From: the human T2T-CHM13v2.0 reference genome, Homo sapiens
NCBI RefSeq assembly: GCF_009914755.1
Contig: NC_060941.1
Strand: one strand, 5' to 3'
Length of the DNA stretch: 64,000 bases
Below the pieces are notes generated by a model, which worked only from the letters and a program-made list of their open reading frames with translations, searched no databases and was not told where the DNA came from. Positions 19,207 to 33,265 of this stretch are shown in pieces. The stretch's first letter is position 1; each line of letters opens with the position of its first letter. Both the position numbers and the translations under genes were made by a program.

Positions 19207-20054
19207 TATGGAGATGTATTTAAAACCTGGGTCCTTTAACTTCTAGTCCATTTTTCTTCTCTATGCCATCATGATGCCACCCACATTTCACGGTAGGGGA
19301 AATGGAGATCCAGAGAGGTCAGGTAATTTGCCTAAGGTCATGCAGCAGTTAGAAGCAGAGCCTGGCCATTTCATCTGCACTCCTAGGTCTCAGCAGCCTT
19401 CTCATCACCAATGGCTGGGGGTCTCACTGAGAAGGTTAGAAGGACGACCAGCGCATTGCAGAGGCTCACAGCCATGACAGAGGCCCAGAGCCAGACCTCC
19501 TCAGGTTCCTGGGGCAGGCTCTCGATCTGCTGTCCTTCTGCCCCTGCACACTGTCAACTCCAATCTCCCCTCCAGCCTCAGAGTGAGAGTGACAGACAGG
19601 CCAGCCCTGGCCAGCCCATTAAACCTGACACCTCCTCTCCCAGATTTGGCTGTGGGCCTCCCTTAGCCTGAGCACCATGCTGCGGCAGCTCTGACTGGCA
19701 CTGAGGTGGGGTGGCGGGGCTGGCATTCCTCTACTATCTCCTCCCCATCTGAGCTCTGAGGTGGTGAGCTTGGGGATCCAGTCATCTTGCTCTCCTTTTC
19801 CTTTACCAGTCTCAGACCTTAGTTTCCTGCCAAAAAAAAAAAAAAAAAAAAAAAAAGAGTAGCTCTACCTTAACCCACTAGCAGTTAGTGAAAAAGGGAA
19901 GAGAGAGTAAGAATTGTGCCCAGGCTCTGTATCGTCCACAGGCCCCCTCCCCCAAGAAACCTTCTGGGACTCATCCCACCCCGTTCCACTCCCTCTGAAC
20001 CCTCTGCACCATTTCTCCTATCTCAAAGCTATGTGTCTGGCTCTAATCTGAGTC

Positions 20055-21291
20055 ATGATGATGATGGTGGTGGTGGTGGTGGTGGTGGTATTGGCAGTGG
20101 CAATGGAGGTGGTGGTATCGGTTGTGGCGATGGAGGTGGTGGTATCGGCTGTGGCGGCGGTGGTGGTGGTATCGGCTGTGGCGGCGGTGGTGGTGGTATC
20201 GGCTGTGGCGGCGGTGGTGGTGGTATCGGCTGTGGCGGCGGTGGTGGTGGTATCGGCTGTGGCGGCGGTGGTGGTGGTATCGGTTGTGGCGGCGGAGGTG
20301 GTGGTATCGGTTGTGGCGGCGGTGGTGGTGGTATCGGTTGTGGCGGCGGAGGTGGTGGTATCGGTTGTGGCGGCGGTGGTGGTGGTATCGGTTGTGGCGG
20401 CGGAGGTGGTGGTATCGGTTGTGGCGGCGGAGGTGGTGGTATCGGTTGTGGCGGCGGAGGTGGTATCGGTTGTGGCGGCGGTGGTGGTGGTATCGGTTGT
20501 GGCGGCGGTGGTGGTGGTATCGGTTGTGCCGGCGGTGGTGGTGGTATCGGTTGTGCCGGCGGTGGTGGTGGTATCGGTTGTGGCGGCGGAGGTGGTGGTA
20601 TCGGTTGTGCCGGCGGTGGTGGTGGTATCGGTTGTGGCGGCGGAGGTGGTGGTATCGGTTGTGGCGGCGGAGGTGGTGGTATCGGTTGTGGCGGCGGAGG
20701 TGGTGGTATCGGTTGTGGCGGCGGAGGTGGTGGTATCGGTTGTGGCGGCGGAGGTGGTGGTATCGGTTGTGGCGGCGGAGGTGGTGGTATCGGTTGTGGT
20801 GGCGGAGGTGGTGGTATCGGTTGTGGCGGCGGAGGTGGTGGTATCGGTTGTGGCGGCGGAGGTGGTGGTATCGGTTGTGGCGGCGGAGGTGGTGGTATTG
20901 GTTGTGGCGGCGGTGGTGGTGGTATTGGTTGTGGCGGTGGTGGTGGTGGAGGTGGTGGTATTGGTTGTGGCGGTGGTGGTGGTGGTATTGGTTGTGGTGG
21001 TGGAGGTGGTGGTATTGGTTGTGGCGGTGGTGGTGGTGGTATTGGTTGTGGTGGTGGAGGTGGTGGTATTGGTTGTGGTGGTGGTGGTAATGGCTGTGGC
21101 AATGGAGGTGGTGGTATTGGTTGTGGCAATGGAGGTGGTGGTATTGGTTGTGGTGATGGAGGTGGTGGTATTGGTTGTGGTGATGGTGGTGGTGGTATTG
21201 GTTGTGGTGATGGAGGTGGTGGTATTGGTTGTGGTGATGGTGGTGGTGGTGGTAGTGGTGATAGTAGTAATGGTAGAGGTGGTAGTGGTAC
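20055..21291. repeat. 27-bp minisatellite/VNTR, ~42 units, consensus GGCGGCGG(A/T)GGTGGTGGTATCGGTTGT
   Basis: The AT(C/T)GG(T/C)TGT anchor recurs every 27 bp from ~20117 to ~21224, with occasional shorter or longer units. Flanks decay into (GGT/GAT)n. Confidence 0.97.
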
Positions 21292-22102
21292 TGATACAGA
21301 AGGAAAGTGCTGGGAAGGGAAGAGCATGGTCCCTTTAAATGATATGGAGGCGGGTAAGGAAAGTGCTGGGTAGAGGAGGGCGTGGTTCCTGACTAGGGCT
21401 CCACCCCCATGGATCTAGGTGAGGATAGGCATTCCTGTCCAAATGTTGCATTTCCCAAGACCACCCTGGCCTGCCATGCCCCATCCTCTGCCTATAAAAT
21501 CCCCGAAATTCTAGCAGGCACCCACAAATGGCTGGACATCAAGAGGAGCATGTCAGAGGAGGAGCACGCGGGCTGCTGGATGTCGAGAGGAATGTACCGA
21601 TAGTCCCTGGCATGATGGCAGGCCATCGACCATCGACCAGCTGAACTAGCAGAGTTTGGCTGAGGCAGAGTTTGGCTGGGAAGTCAGAGGAGAGTGGCCC
21701 AACTGCAGGGGAAAACCATCCCCCTTCTGGCTCCCCCATCTGCTGAGGGCTACTTCCACTCAATAAAACCTTGCACTCATTCTCCAAACCCATGCATGAT
21801 CTGATTCTTCTGGTACACCAAGGCAAGAACCCCAGGACACAGAAAGCCCTCTGTCCTTGTGACAAGGTAGAGGATCTAATTGAGCTGGTTAACACAAGTC
21901 GTCTATAGACGGCAAAACTAAAAGAGCACATGGTAACACATGCCCACTAGGGCTTCAGGAACTGTAAGCATTCAACCCTAGACACTGCCATGGGGTCTAA
22001 GCCCATCTGTATGTTCCCCTAGAGGTTTGAGTAGTGGTGCGGGGCACTGCCAATCCCCCTGTGGCTACCTGTGAGGGAGACAAGGGAACTTTTCTCGTTT
22101 CA
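21292..22102 (+). mobile_element. ERV1-class solo LTR (LTR1/MER52-related)
   Basis: TG...CA termini (TGATAC...TTTCA); 4-bp TSD GTAC at 21288-21291 and 22103-22106; TATAAAA at 21493; AATAAA at 21762. Family assignment from recalled consensus. Confidence 0.9.
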
Positions 22103-22195
22103 GTACTCTGGGATGGTCAGAGTTGGATAGGAACTCCTGGATGGAGGGGAGGTTGACTGGTTACTACCTTCCTCTATGTCTCCCCACCAACTCGT

Positions 22196-22503
22196 TTTTT
22201 TTTTTTTTTTTTTTTTTTTTTAGAGACAGGGTCTCGCTCTGTCACCCAGGCTGGAGTGCAGTGGCATGATGATAGCTCACTGTAGCCTTGAACTCTTGGG
22301 CTCAGGTGATCAATCCACCTCAACATCCCAAGTAGCTAGGACTGTAGGCACACACCACCATGCCTAGCTAATGTTTTAAGTTTTTGTAGAGATGGGGTCT
22401 TGCTGGTTACTCAGGCTGGTATCAAACTCCTGGGCTCAAGCGATCTTCCCACTTCAGCCTCCCAAATTGCTGGGATTACAGGTGTGAGTTACCATGCCTG
22501 TCT
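22196..22503 (-). mobile_element. Alu (J-like)
   Basis: Full antisense dimer. Confidence 0.9.
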
Positions 22504-22519
22504 CCTGCCCTCAACTCTT

Positions 22520-23134
<615 letters not shown>

Positions 23135-24159
23135 CTAGACTCAGCCACAGCCCCACATCAGAGTCTCAGCTCCAACCCTGCTCTCTCTTCCTGTCTCCTG
23201 AGCAGAGCTCTCTCCATGGGGCAGAGCTGGTGGGTAAGTTGAGCTGGAGACTTCTAGGGGCTCCACTGTCTTGGGGTTTCCAGGGCTAGGCAGAGCCATT
23301 CTATCTTCCTGCCTCCACCCAGGCCTCCATCCCTTAGGAGCTCTGACAGGGGAGGTGGGATGGTGGATTGAGGGGGATGTTAGGCTCCTAGTGGCGCTGG
23401 TAGCAGTGGGGCGGGGCTCTGTCTGGCCCGGTGGGGCAGCTCACTCCACCTCCTGGCTGGGGCTCCCGCCCTTGGGAGTTCCATCCTGCCGGCCTCTCTC
23501 CCTCCCAGGATCTCATTATATCCCTAAGAGAAACTGACAGCCTTAATATCTTACTTTGCAAATATAGTTTATTCCTTCAATAAAGCCGCCAGCGCAGGGG
23601 AATGTTTAAGACTCGCTCTCCCCCGAGAGCCTCATTTGAATTTCTAGTCTTCAGTCGGCTTCTCCAATGGGGCAGCTGGGTGAGGAAAACGCAGCAGCCG
23701 CTTAGAGGGGATTCATTTCCTGTCTGGGTCTCCGCCGCCGCCGCCGTAGATGGGGGAGCTGAACTGACGGAAAGGACTGCTGGCTGCCTGGATGCTGGGG
23801 GGCAGAGGACAGGGAGGCCTTGGCCTGCGTCTGTCCTCTGGTTGGGGCGGGAGGGGGTGCATGCCTGGCTCATGCTCACGTGGGTGAATCTGTGCATTCA
23901 CTCGGGGGCCTCCAGCCTCCATCCTTGTAGCCCAGGTTCTTCCTCGAGGGCCCAGCTCAGGGGCCCCTCCAAGGGACCTCTCAGCCCGGGAGCTACTCTA
24001 TGGGATCCCCCTGCCTAGGGACCCCTCCGCTGGGTCTCTACGCCCAGGGGCCCCCAAACAGTATCTCTCAGAGGCCCAGGCCACCGATCCCTGGGGATGG
24101 GGCCTCCTCCCTGGCTGGACCCCCTCACTCCAGGGCAGCCCCCATCCCAGGCCCCCGTG

Positions 24160-24460
24160 GGAGTCTCTAATTAAAGGGCCGGCACGCCCCTTGGGGACTC
24201 ATTAGGCCCACTGTGCAGAGAACATTTAATCATTGCTCAGAGCATCGATTGGAAAATCAATTTCTTTGTCTCTCCGCACGCGGCGCTGGAGAAGTGGGGG
24301 GAGCGCTGACCTCCTTCTGCTGCCATGTAAAGTGCTGCACATTTAATCAGGGAACAGAAATCAATTAGCCACTTACGAGGCTGGCTTTAGTTACCGAGTC
24401 GGCAGGGCCTGCGCTGCAGTTTGACGCTGACAGAAGCGAATCTCAGCGCGCTGGGCTGGT
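24160..24460. promoter_or_regulatory. Candidate conserved enhancer (homeodomain/CUT motif cluster)
   Basis: CTAATTAA, ATCGAT, AAATCAATT twice, ACATTTAATCA twice, TGACAG; CpGs retained. Confidence 0.6.
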
Positions 24461-24689
24461 CAGCGCCGGCCCGTCCCCACAGCTGTCCAGGGCCCTCGGC
24501 TTCTCTTTCCCACGCACTAGCACCTGCCATCTAGAAAGGCCCCCTAGACCCGCCCCACAGAACCCCTGGGAAGGCTCCCAACCCCCCAGCCTCCCTCACT
24601 AACCTCCTTTCCTGTGCTCAGTTCTGCCAACCCTGAGAAGCCACCTGGAGACTCAGATGCAAATCTCAGCTGTGCTGCAGAACGCGGAG

Positions 24690-25143
24690 ACGGGTGCCTG
24701 TAGTCCCAGCACTTTAGGAGGCCAAGCCTGGCGGATTGCTTGAGGTTAGGAGTTCGAGACCAGCCTTGCCAACATGGTGAAACCCCGTCTCTACAAAAAA
24801 TAAATACAAAAATTAGCCGAGTGTGGTGATGCACACCTGTAATCTCAGCGACTCGGGAAGCTGAGGCACGAGAATGGCTTGAACACAGGAAGTGAGGTTG
24901 CAGTGAGCCGGGATCGCGCCATTGCATTCCAGCCTGAGCAACAGAGCGAGACTCTGTCTCAAAAAAAAAAAAAAATTATATGGACATGGTGTTGCACACT
25001 TGTAGTCCCAGATACTGGGGGAGGAGGGATTGCTGAGCCCAGGAGGTCCAGACTGCAGTGAGCCATCATTGAGCCACTGCACTCCAGTCTAGGCAGCAAA
25101 GCAAAACCCTGTCTCAAAAATTAATTAAATTACACAAAATAAA
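24690..25143 (+). mobile_element. Alu plus an additional right monomer
   Basis: Alu consensus matches. Confidence 0.88.
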
Positions 25144-26626
25144 CACAGACCTCAGCTTTGCTTCCTACTGGCTTCCATGATATCAGTGAAGTTTTGAACT
25201 GGACTCTCAAGCACACTTTGCTCATCAAATGGGAATAGTAATAGTTACCTACCTTACCAGCGTGTTCTGGAAATTCAATGTGATCATCTTTATGAAGCTA
25301 CTACCAAATCGAGCTCAATTGAAGAGAACTTTGAACTCAAATCAGCGGGACCGTGCCCTTGCCACCCCACAGTCAGCCAGGGCAGATGAGGGGACAGTGT
25401 GTGGGAGTGGGAAGGGGGACCTCTGGCCACTGCTCTCCTTCAGGACAAGGACAGGTGGGCCCAGTGTCCCCCTTTGCCCACTCTCGTTTCCCTACTGCCT
25501 CCTGGGGGTTGGGCCGGAAGCCCCTTTGCACCTACTCTCCACCTCCTATTTGTGCACCCCCTATAGCCACGCATGCTGGCTGCTCCCTCACCTGTGACTG
25601 TGCACTCCCCCCCCCAGGCTTTCCAGTGATGTCTCACGCACCCAGAGTTACATACACCCAATTACATAGAGTTGGACGCGGTCTGCACGGCCCATTGCAC
25701 ACCGTTTCGCAGTTTCTCCCACAGTCACAGTCCCAGCTTCCTGGTGCTCACACGCAGCTTCACACACAAGCACCCTCACCCAGCGCCACCCGCATGGGCT
25801 CACCCGTGGGCCCCCACCCCACAGAGTTGCACATTGGTGGCACACACGCATGCACACACACACGCACTCACACTGGTTCCGTAATAATATTAGACATGCC
25901 ATTTCTTTTGCATGACAGTTCCAGTGGAGATGCTCAGAGCTGTCACTTGGATGAAAAATAATGCATAATCCTCATCTTCCTTCCTTCCCTTCCTTTTCTT
26001 TCTTCCCTGTTTAATGAGCTCCTAAAAATATTCCTTGCCGTCTCGCCGAGGCTGTGGGCTAAGTATGAGTCGGGCCTCCCCCACCAACTGTCACCATCCT
26101 CGTTGCCTCCCTCAGCCCCCTGAGTGGGATGGAGGGTGAAGCGGTACAGTGAGTCCTGGTGGTTGGCCCAGTGGAGGTCAGGCCAAGGGGCTCTCACCCA
26201 GGCCTCCCGAAGATCTCAGAGTCCCACTTGTCCCCTCTCTTGGCTAGCCCACTTGAGCAGGGGATGAGAGAAACAGAGAGACATGGGGGAAGAAAGATAG
26301 GCAGGAATCTCCTTTCGGTACCTGACCACTCTCAGCTACCCCCTCTGCAGCGCCTGAGCAACTGCACAAGACCAAACTTACCTATCACCCCTTCTACCCC
26401 AAGAAGAAAAGGTCCCTCTCCACCCCCTTGCACACCTGGTTCATCCTCCCTCCCAGAACTCAAAGTGAAGGGGAATGGGAGAGACAGTCAGAGCCCCCTC
26501 TGACCCCCAGCTTCTCCCAGCACCTTATCTTGGCTCTGTTGGGAAAACTGCAGTGCTCAGTTTCCTCCAGTTCATCCTTTAAGCCCCAGATCAAAGTCAA
26601 CTCCTCCCTGAAGCCTTCCTGATTCA

Positions 26627-27007
<381 letters not shown>

Positions 27008-30000
27008 TTTGCCAAGGAAAGCTATTGTGTGTGGTACCTGGTGGGAACTCCTGTGTGTCGTTTCCTTATTTACGTGAGTCATTCTCACCGGATCTGAGTC
27101 CCTCCCAGCTGGGGACCTCACTAGGCCACCCAGCTCTGGCTAAGTGAGAGCTCATATTCCCCAAGCGGTTGGAGGGACAGATGGATGGATTCATGGACAG
27201 ATGGATGGGAGATGGTGTAGGAGGAGGAGTTCAGGGTCCCGAGTCAGGGGCCTGAATGTTCACCCAGTTCCCGCCCACATTCACTGAGACTTGGGAAAGG
27301 CAAAGCTCTCTCTAGGCCTTGGTTTCTCCATCTGTAAAATGAGAGAGCTGGGTCAGGTGGTGTCTGAGAGCTCGGAGGTCTCTTGCAGCTCAGGTAATCT
27401 TCATTCTGTGATTCTCTACAGTGTCAAGCAGAGTAAGCCTTTCTAATGCTTTTCACTTCCCGCCTTACTGGCTGCAAGAGGCTGGGTGGTATGACGAACA
27501 GGACAAGGAGCTCTCTGCACAGCTATCTGGAGCTGTGTTTTCCCAGCCTGTCCTCTGTCTCCTACTTCTTCCATTTTTTTGTTCTAGTCTCCTTAATTCC
27601 ACTTTTATGACTTCCTTTCATTCTGTTCCTTTTCTTGCTTTTTCTGGGCCCGCATCCTACCCATTAGTAGCTCATAGTGAGCAGCCCCCTCTGCCTCCTT
27701 TCCTCTGCCTCCCTCTCCCAGCTCCACCTGCTTCAGAAGCCCCCTCCCTGTGGCCTCCCCATCTCATCCCAGCAGCTCCAGTCCCGAAAGGTTAAGCTAA
27801 TAGCAACTCCTTCCCCATCAGCTGCTCTTGTTTGCTCTACATAATTGCAGGAGAGGGGGGCTGAGATGGGAGGGCCCTCTCAGTGGTTACGAGGTATAGG
27901 GATGGGGCTGTGCAGCCTTGTCCCTGGGAAGCGGGGCTGGGGGAAGGTGGTACTTACAGAAATGCAGTGGTAGGCTGTGTGGGAGCTGATCCAATGGGAC
28001 AAGAATTGGGCAGAAGGCCAGCTGCAGCATAGATGCCTAGAGAAGGGGGAGTGGAGTCCAGAGAGGGGCTACAAAGGAGGAAAATAATCATGACAGTGGC
28101 CATAAGTGGCATTTGTCAAGCACGTACTATTTGCCAGGCACTGTATCAAGCACTTTACTGGCGTTGTCTCACTGAATCTTCCCAACAGTCCCAGGAGGCA
28201 GGTTCAGCTCTTGTGAACATTATTTTTTTTTTCTTGTGCCCATTTTACAGGAAACTGAAGCTCCAGGAGGCTAAATCATTGTCTGAAGTCACGTGTTGCT
28301 AAATGGCAGAGCCTCAAGCAGAGACTGCTGTCAATCACTCCTGCTCAGAGACGGTCAGGGCTTGCAGGGACCTGGGAGGCCATTGGGTCCAACCCATTCA
28401 TTATCCAGAGGGACAGAGGGAGATAGACTAGTCTAAATTCACACAGCAAGTTGTTGACACAACTACGCAGAGAATCCAGGCCTGATACAGAAGGAGTTGT
28501 TCATCTTCTGAGCCTAAGTCCCCCTGGAGACTTCCTGTGGATGGGTGCTTGGGTGAAGGGTGGTGATGTAGACAAGGCCAGCCCCAGCTGGAGAAGGCCA
28601 TGTTGTGCGTGGTGTGTGCACAGTAGAGGGGAGGCCCACCTGGAGAGCTCCACCTGTCTGCCAGGGAGCAGCAGCCCTGGCCTTTTGCTGGGTTGAGTAT
28701 CTCCAGTAATTCAACAGGAGCCTAGGGGAGCCCAAAGCAGCACACATGGAAGGTGGGGCAGGCTGTGTCACAGTCAGTGGGAGTGAATTTAGGTCAGCCC
28801 TGGGAAGTTGGATCAGGAAGTCAGTATGCCTGGGTCTCAGTCCATCACAGCTGCAGACTTGGGGCTGTGCTGGCCTCCACATTCCTGCCTCTCATCTCAG
28901 GTCCTGTCTCACTGGCACATCTGCTCCAATCAGGACAGCTTACCTCTTGTTTTCCTCCAAGCAATGGACACTCTCAAGGCAGGTACTTCCTCCCACTTTA
29001 GATTTGAGGGCTTCCCAAAGCAAGGACTCTTATCACACTGGAGCTTCGAGGACAGGGATTGAGTCTCCTCCATCAGAGTGGACATTCACCTAAGGCTGAG
29101 ATTGTGTCTCCCCCATCAGAGGCCCCCTCCAGCCTCTACCCCTGTGATCTAATGGTCATAGCAGCTCCAGCATTGGCTCCATCCTGAAACATCCACCCCA
29201 CCCCCGCCCCATCCCCATCTCACAGCAATGAGTTACCCTGTCCCTTCCCGGCTCCTGCCTGGGGACCCATGAGACTTTCCTTGCAGTGATGTGCTATCAG
29301 ATGGGTTCAGCTCTGACCAAGTGGCCCCCTTCCCTCTGCCTGGACCCTTAGCAATGGTCGTCAGAGCAGCTACCCTCTGTCACTTCGTGGTGAGCATCCA
29401 TAAGCCCTTGGCAGGGTATGACCCTTTCCCACCACTCACACCACAAATGGGACCCTCACAACAATATAGTGGCAGGGCTGGGGGAGAGGGGTGCCTCAAA
29501 GGCCATCTTTCTTGAGAGGGGGGGTCTTCTAGGCTCTGCTGGGACACACTGCCTCTTGAAGTAGGGAAGCTCTCTCTTATGGAGAATGACCTGCTTTTGG
29601 AGAAACTATCCTCAGAGGAAGCCAAAATCCATCTCCCTGTGACTGTCCCATGGAAACCCAATGCTCCCGCTCATCTGCCTGCAACTCTGCAGCTTGCCCA
29701 GTGCTGGGTTACTCCCATATCTGCAGCTCACCGCGTGCCCGGGTGCAGGCCCCCAGCTCCCACCAGCACTGCAGGGGGCAGCTGTGAAGGGCCTGGCGGA
29801 TGAGCAGGCAATCTCATTTGTATTCTGAGTGGCCAGGCTGTGCCATGGCTTTCTCCAAGAGAACCCTATCCTCTCCCTCAGCTCCGTCTTTCAAAACTTC
29901 TCCAAGCAGCATCAATAATGGGAATCGATTCATCAATGAGCATCCTGGCCTCTCAGGCCCCATCCCCACTGTGGAGCTTTGCTGCATCCCTAAGTACTTC

Positions 30001-30992
30001 AGCTTCTTGCCCACTCCATCCCCCATGTCCCATGCAGCACTTCTAGGGACCTGGCCCTGCCTTCCAGCCTGCCAGGATCCCAGGAGACCAAGCCTCCACC
30101 TCTGCCTCCGGACAGCTTTACTTTGGCTGAGCAAGGAGGATAGCCTAGGCCTAGAGGAAGACATGAGGGCAGCGAACCTGGGGCTGAGCTCAGAGCTGCT
30201 TGAGCCCTTCAGGCCCCATTCAGAGTGGGAGAGGGGGTGTCATGCCTTAGAGATGTGGGGACTGACCCCCTTATCCCAGCCTCCAAACACTGACGACCCA
30301 ACATCAACCTCTTAACACTGCCTAGCTAAGACTGATCATCCACCAAAGTACTGACCACCCACTGACCCAACCCAGCCTCCTAACACTGATGGCCCAGGCC
30401 CAGCCAACTGTCTAATGTCTCCCCAACCATCCACTGATCAGCTTGATGGCCCAACAGTACTATGGATGCACAACCAGAACCAACTGCCTGTCATGACCAC
30501 CCATCACCGAGATCGCTACAATCAACATCCAATAATGACCTTCACTACAGACCTACCCTAATGGACCACCCCAAATTACCTGTCCGTAACCAGTCTCCAC
30601 TGCCCATCTATCCAACAAGGATCCCCCAATCACTGATCATCATGTCACTTCCTGCTGGACCCTTGTGTGTCACCAGCAACTCTTCAGATGGCTGCTGGCT
30701 ACAGCTAGATTTCCCTGGCACTGGCTGGAACTAATCTGAACCTCCTCCAGCTCCTAGGACTTGTCCAGTTGGCCAGTGGTGAAGCTGCTGGGTGTCTAGA
30801 CCTGTCCCTCTCCTTCTCACCAGGCCCTATCGACTCCTACCAGCCAGTACTGCCCAGCTGCACTACAGTTGGGATGGGAAGAATTTTCTTCACTGCAGAG
30901 GAAGGAGGAGAGGGGAGGCAGAGGAGGCCCAGAAGGGCAGAGGCTGGGAGCAAGGGGAGGAGGGAACAAGGAGTTAAGAAATGGCCAGGGCA

Positions 30993-31288
<296 letters not shown>

Positions 31289-31380
31289 GGAAGGAAGGAA
31301 GGAAGGAAGGAAGGAAGGAGGGAGGGAGGGAGGGAGGGAGGGAGGGAGGGAGGGAAGGAAGGAAGGAAGGAAGGAAGGAA
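31289..31380. repeat. (GGAA)7(GGAG)9(GGAA)7 compound microsatellite in an Alu tail
   Basis: Direct count. Confidence 0.95.
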
Positions 31381-32597
31381 GGGCGGGCCAGGGCAGAAAG
31401 GAGGCTGAGAGGTGGGAAGGGGGTGCAGTTCTCAGCACGTCAGCCCTGCGTGCTGCCTCGGCCCCTCCTGACCCCTCCTGGCTGCCCTTGCTTGATGGAA
31501 AGCTCCACAGAGACTTGGAGACTCAAGCAGAGCAAAAGCTCCTGATCCCCCTTCACCAGGGACTGAGGACCAGGGCCATTCATTAGACGAAGGAGCAGCT
31601 GCTCTGGGCCCAGGGACCGAGTGGCAGGAAATCACTCTGTCTCTGGAAGCTGTGGCCTGGCCCCGGCCTCCCGGGTTGGGAGGCTGTCTGTCCACCCTTG
31701 TGCTCTGTGGGGCCCACCCGGGGATCTGCATGTGCTAACTGTAATCCCTGCCTGCTGCCAACCTTGGAGCCAGGCCCAGGAGATTCCATATGCCCGAGGA
31801 GAAACCGGCTCCTGGACTGACTCTGACTTGCCATGGTCAAGTCATGTCCCTTCCCCAGGCCTCAGTTTCCCCATCATTCAATGAGGAGACTCAGTTCTTT
31901 CTCTGAGGAAGGAAGCTGTCTCTGGCTGCCCTGAGGGGGGATCTCTGGGCTCTCTTCGTCCTCTCGTGGGCACCACCATAGGCCCCCTGGACTTGTCTGG
32001 AGCTGAAACAAGGCTGAGCCCAGTGGCAATGACTTCTGGATTCTGGGTCCTTTATCTGCTCTCTAGCCCCGCTTTGGGAAGAGTCACCGTCTGCTCGGGT
32101 GCTGGACTCACATCACCGGCTGAAGCCGGCGGGGCTCAGGAGCTGGAAGGCTGCTCAGGGCTGCTGGCTCAAGACAGAGGGCGAATGTGGGAAGCACAAA
32201 GGGCTTGGGGAGCTGAGTAAATTGGAGATGGGGGAGATGGAAGGCAGGCCAAACGTCAAGATACCCACCCCGCTTCCACTGGCCACCTCCAGACGATACG
32301 GTGGAAACTCGTAGAGTGATGCAAGGACTGTCCTCTGTCATGAGAACGTTCTGAGTTGGTGGGAAGGAGACAAGATGTCCCAGTGGTTCCTCCCAGCTGC
32401 CGGCGTCTCTGAGGCTCGGAGTCTAATGCTGACCAGGCAGCAGCTGCCTGCTCTGCTGTTTCCTGCAGGGGTGGGGACAAGGGAGATGGATAAGATGTGG
32501 CTCCTGATGGATGGGGTCCTTTCTACCCAGTGGAGGAGATGGGACTGTTGTCCAAGAAATCACAGGAGTGCAGCATTCATTGAGCCTCTACGTGTAG

Positions 32598-32599
<2 letters not shown>

Positions 32600-32631
<32 letters not shown>
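32600..32631. repeat. (CA)n microsatellite
   Basis: Direct inspection. Confidence 0.95.
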
Positions 32632-32633
<2 letters not shown>

Positions 32634-32907
32634 AAAGATGGCAGGAGTGAGGTTGCTTGGTATAAACCACAGGAGTTAAGGAAGGAAGAACTCAGGAGGC
32701 TTCAGACAGCTCGGAAGCCTTCAGCAGGAGGCAGGAGTTAGTCTGGGTCTTCAGGACTCCTGGGACATGGCTTCATGGAGAAGAGGGTAGTCATTCCAGG
32801 CAGAGGGAACAGCCCGTGCAAAGGCACAGAGAGGGGATGGTGGGAACACGGGCAACAGAACCAACTTGCAGGAGCCAAGGGAGCAAGCAGGATATGGAAG
32901 AAGCTGA

Positions 32908-33265
<358 letters not shown>

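Noticed and set aside
19831-19856. Orphan poly(A) run suggesting a processed insertion
   Set aside because: No TSD or upstream body; it sits in a MIR-like fragment and is probably slippage.
20055-21291. CRISPR-like array
   Set aside because: Contiguous tandem units with no unique spacers; eukaryotic DNA.
19916-21373. Loricrin-like or keratin-associated-protein-like Gly/Cys gene
   Set aside because: No upstream ATG in that frame, no promoter or splice evidence, and all frames are open. Explained by the VNTR and kept only as a speculative finding.
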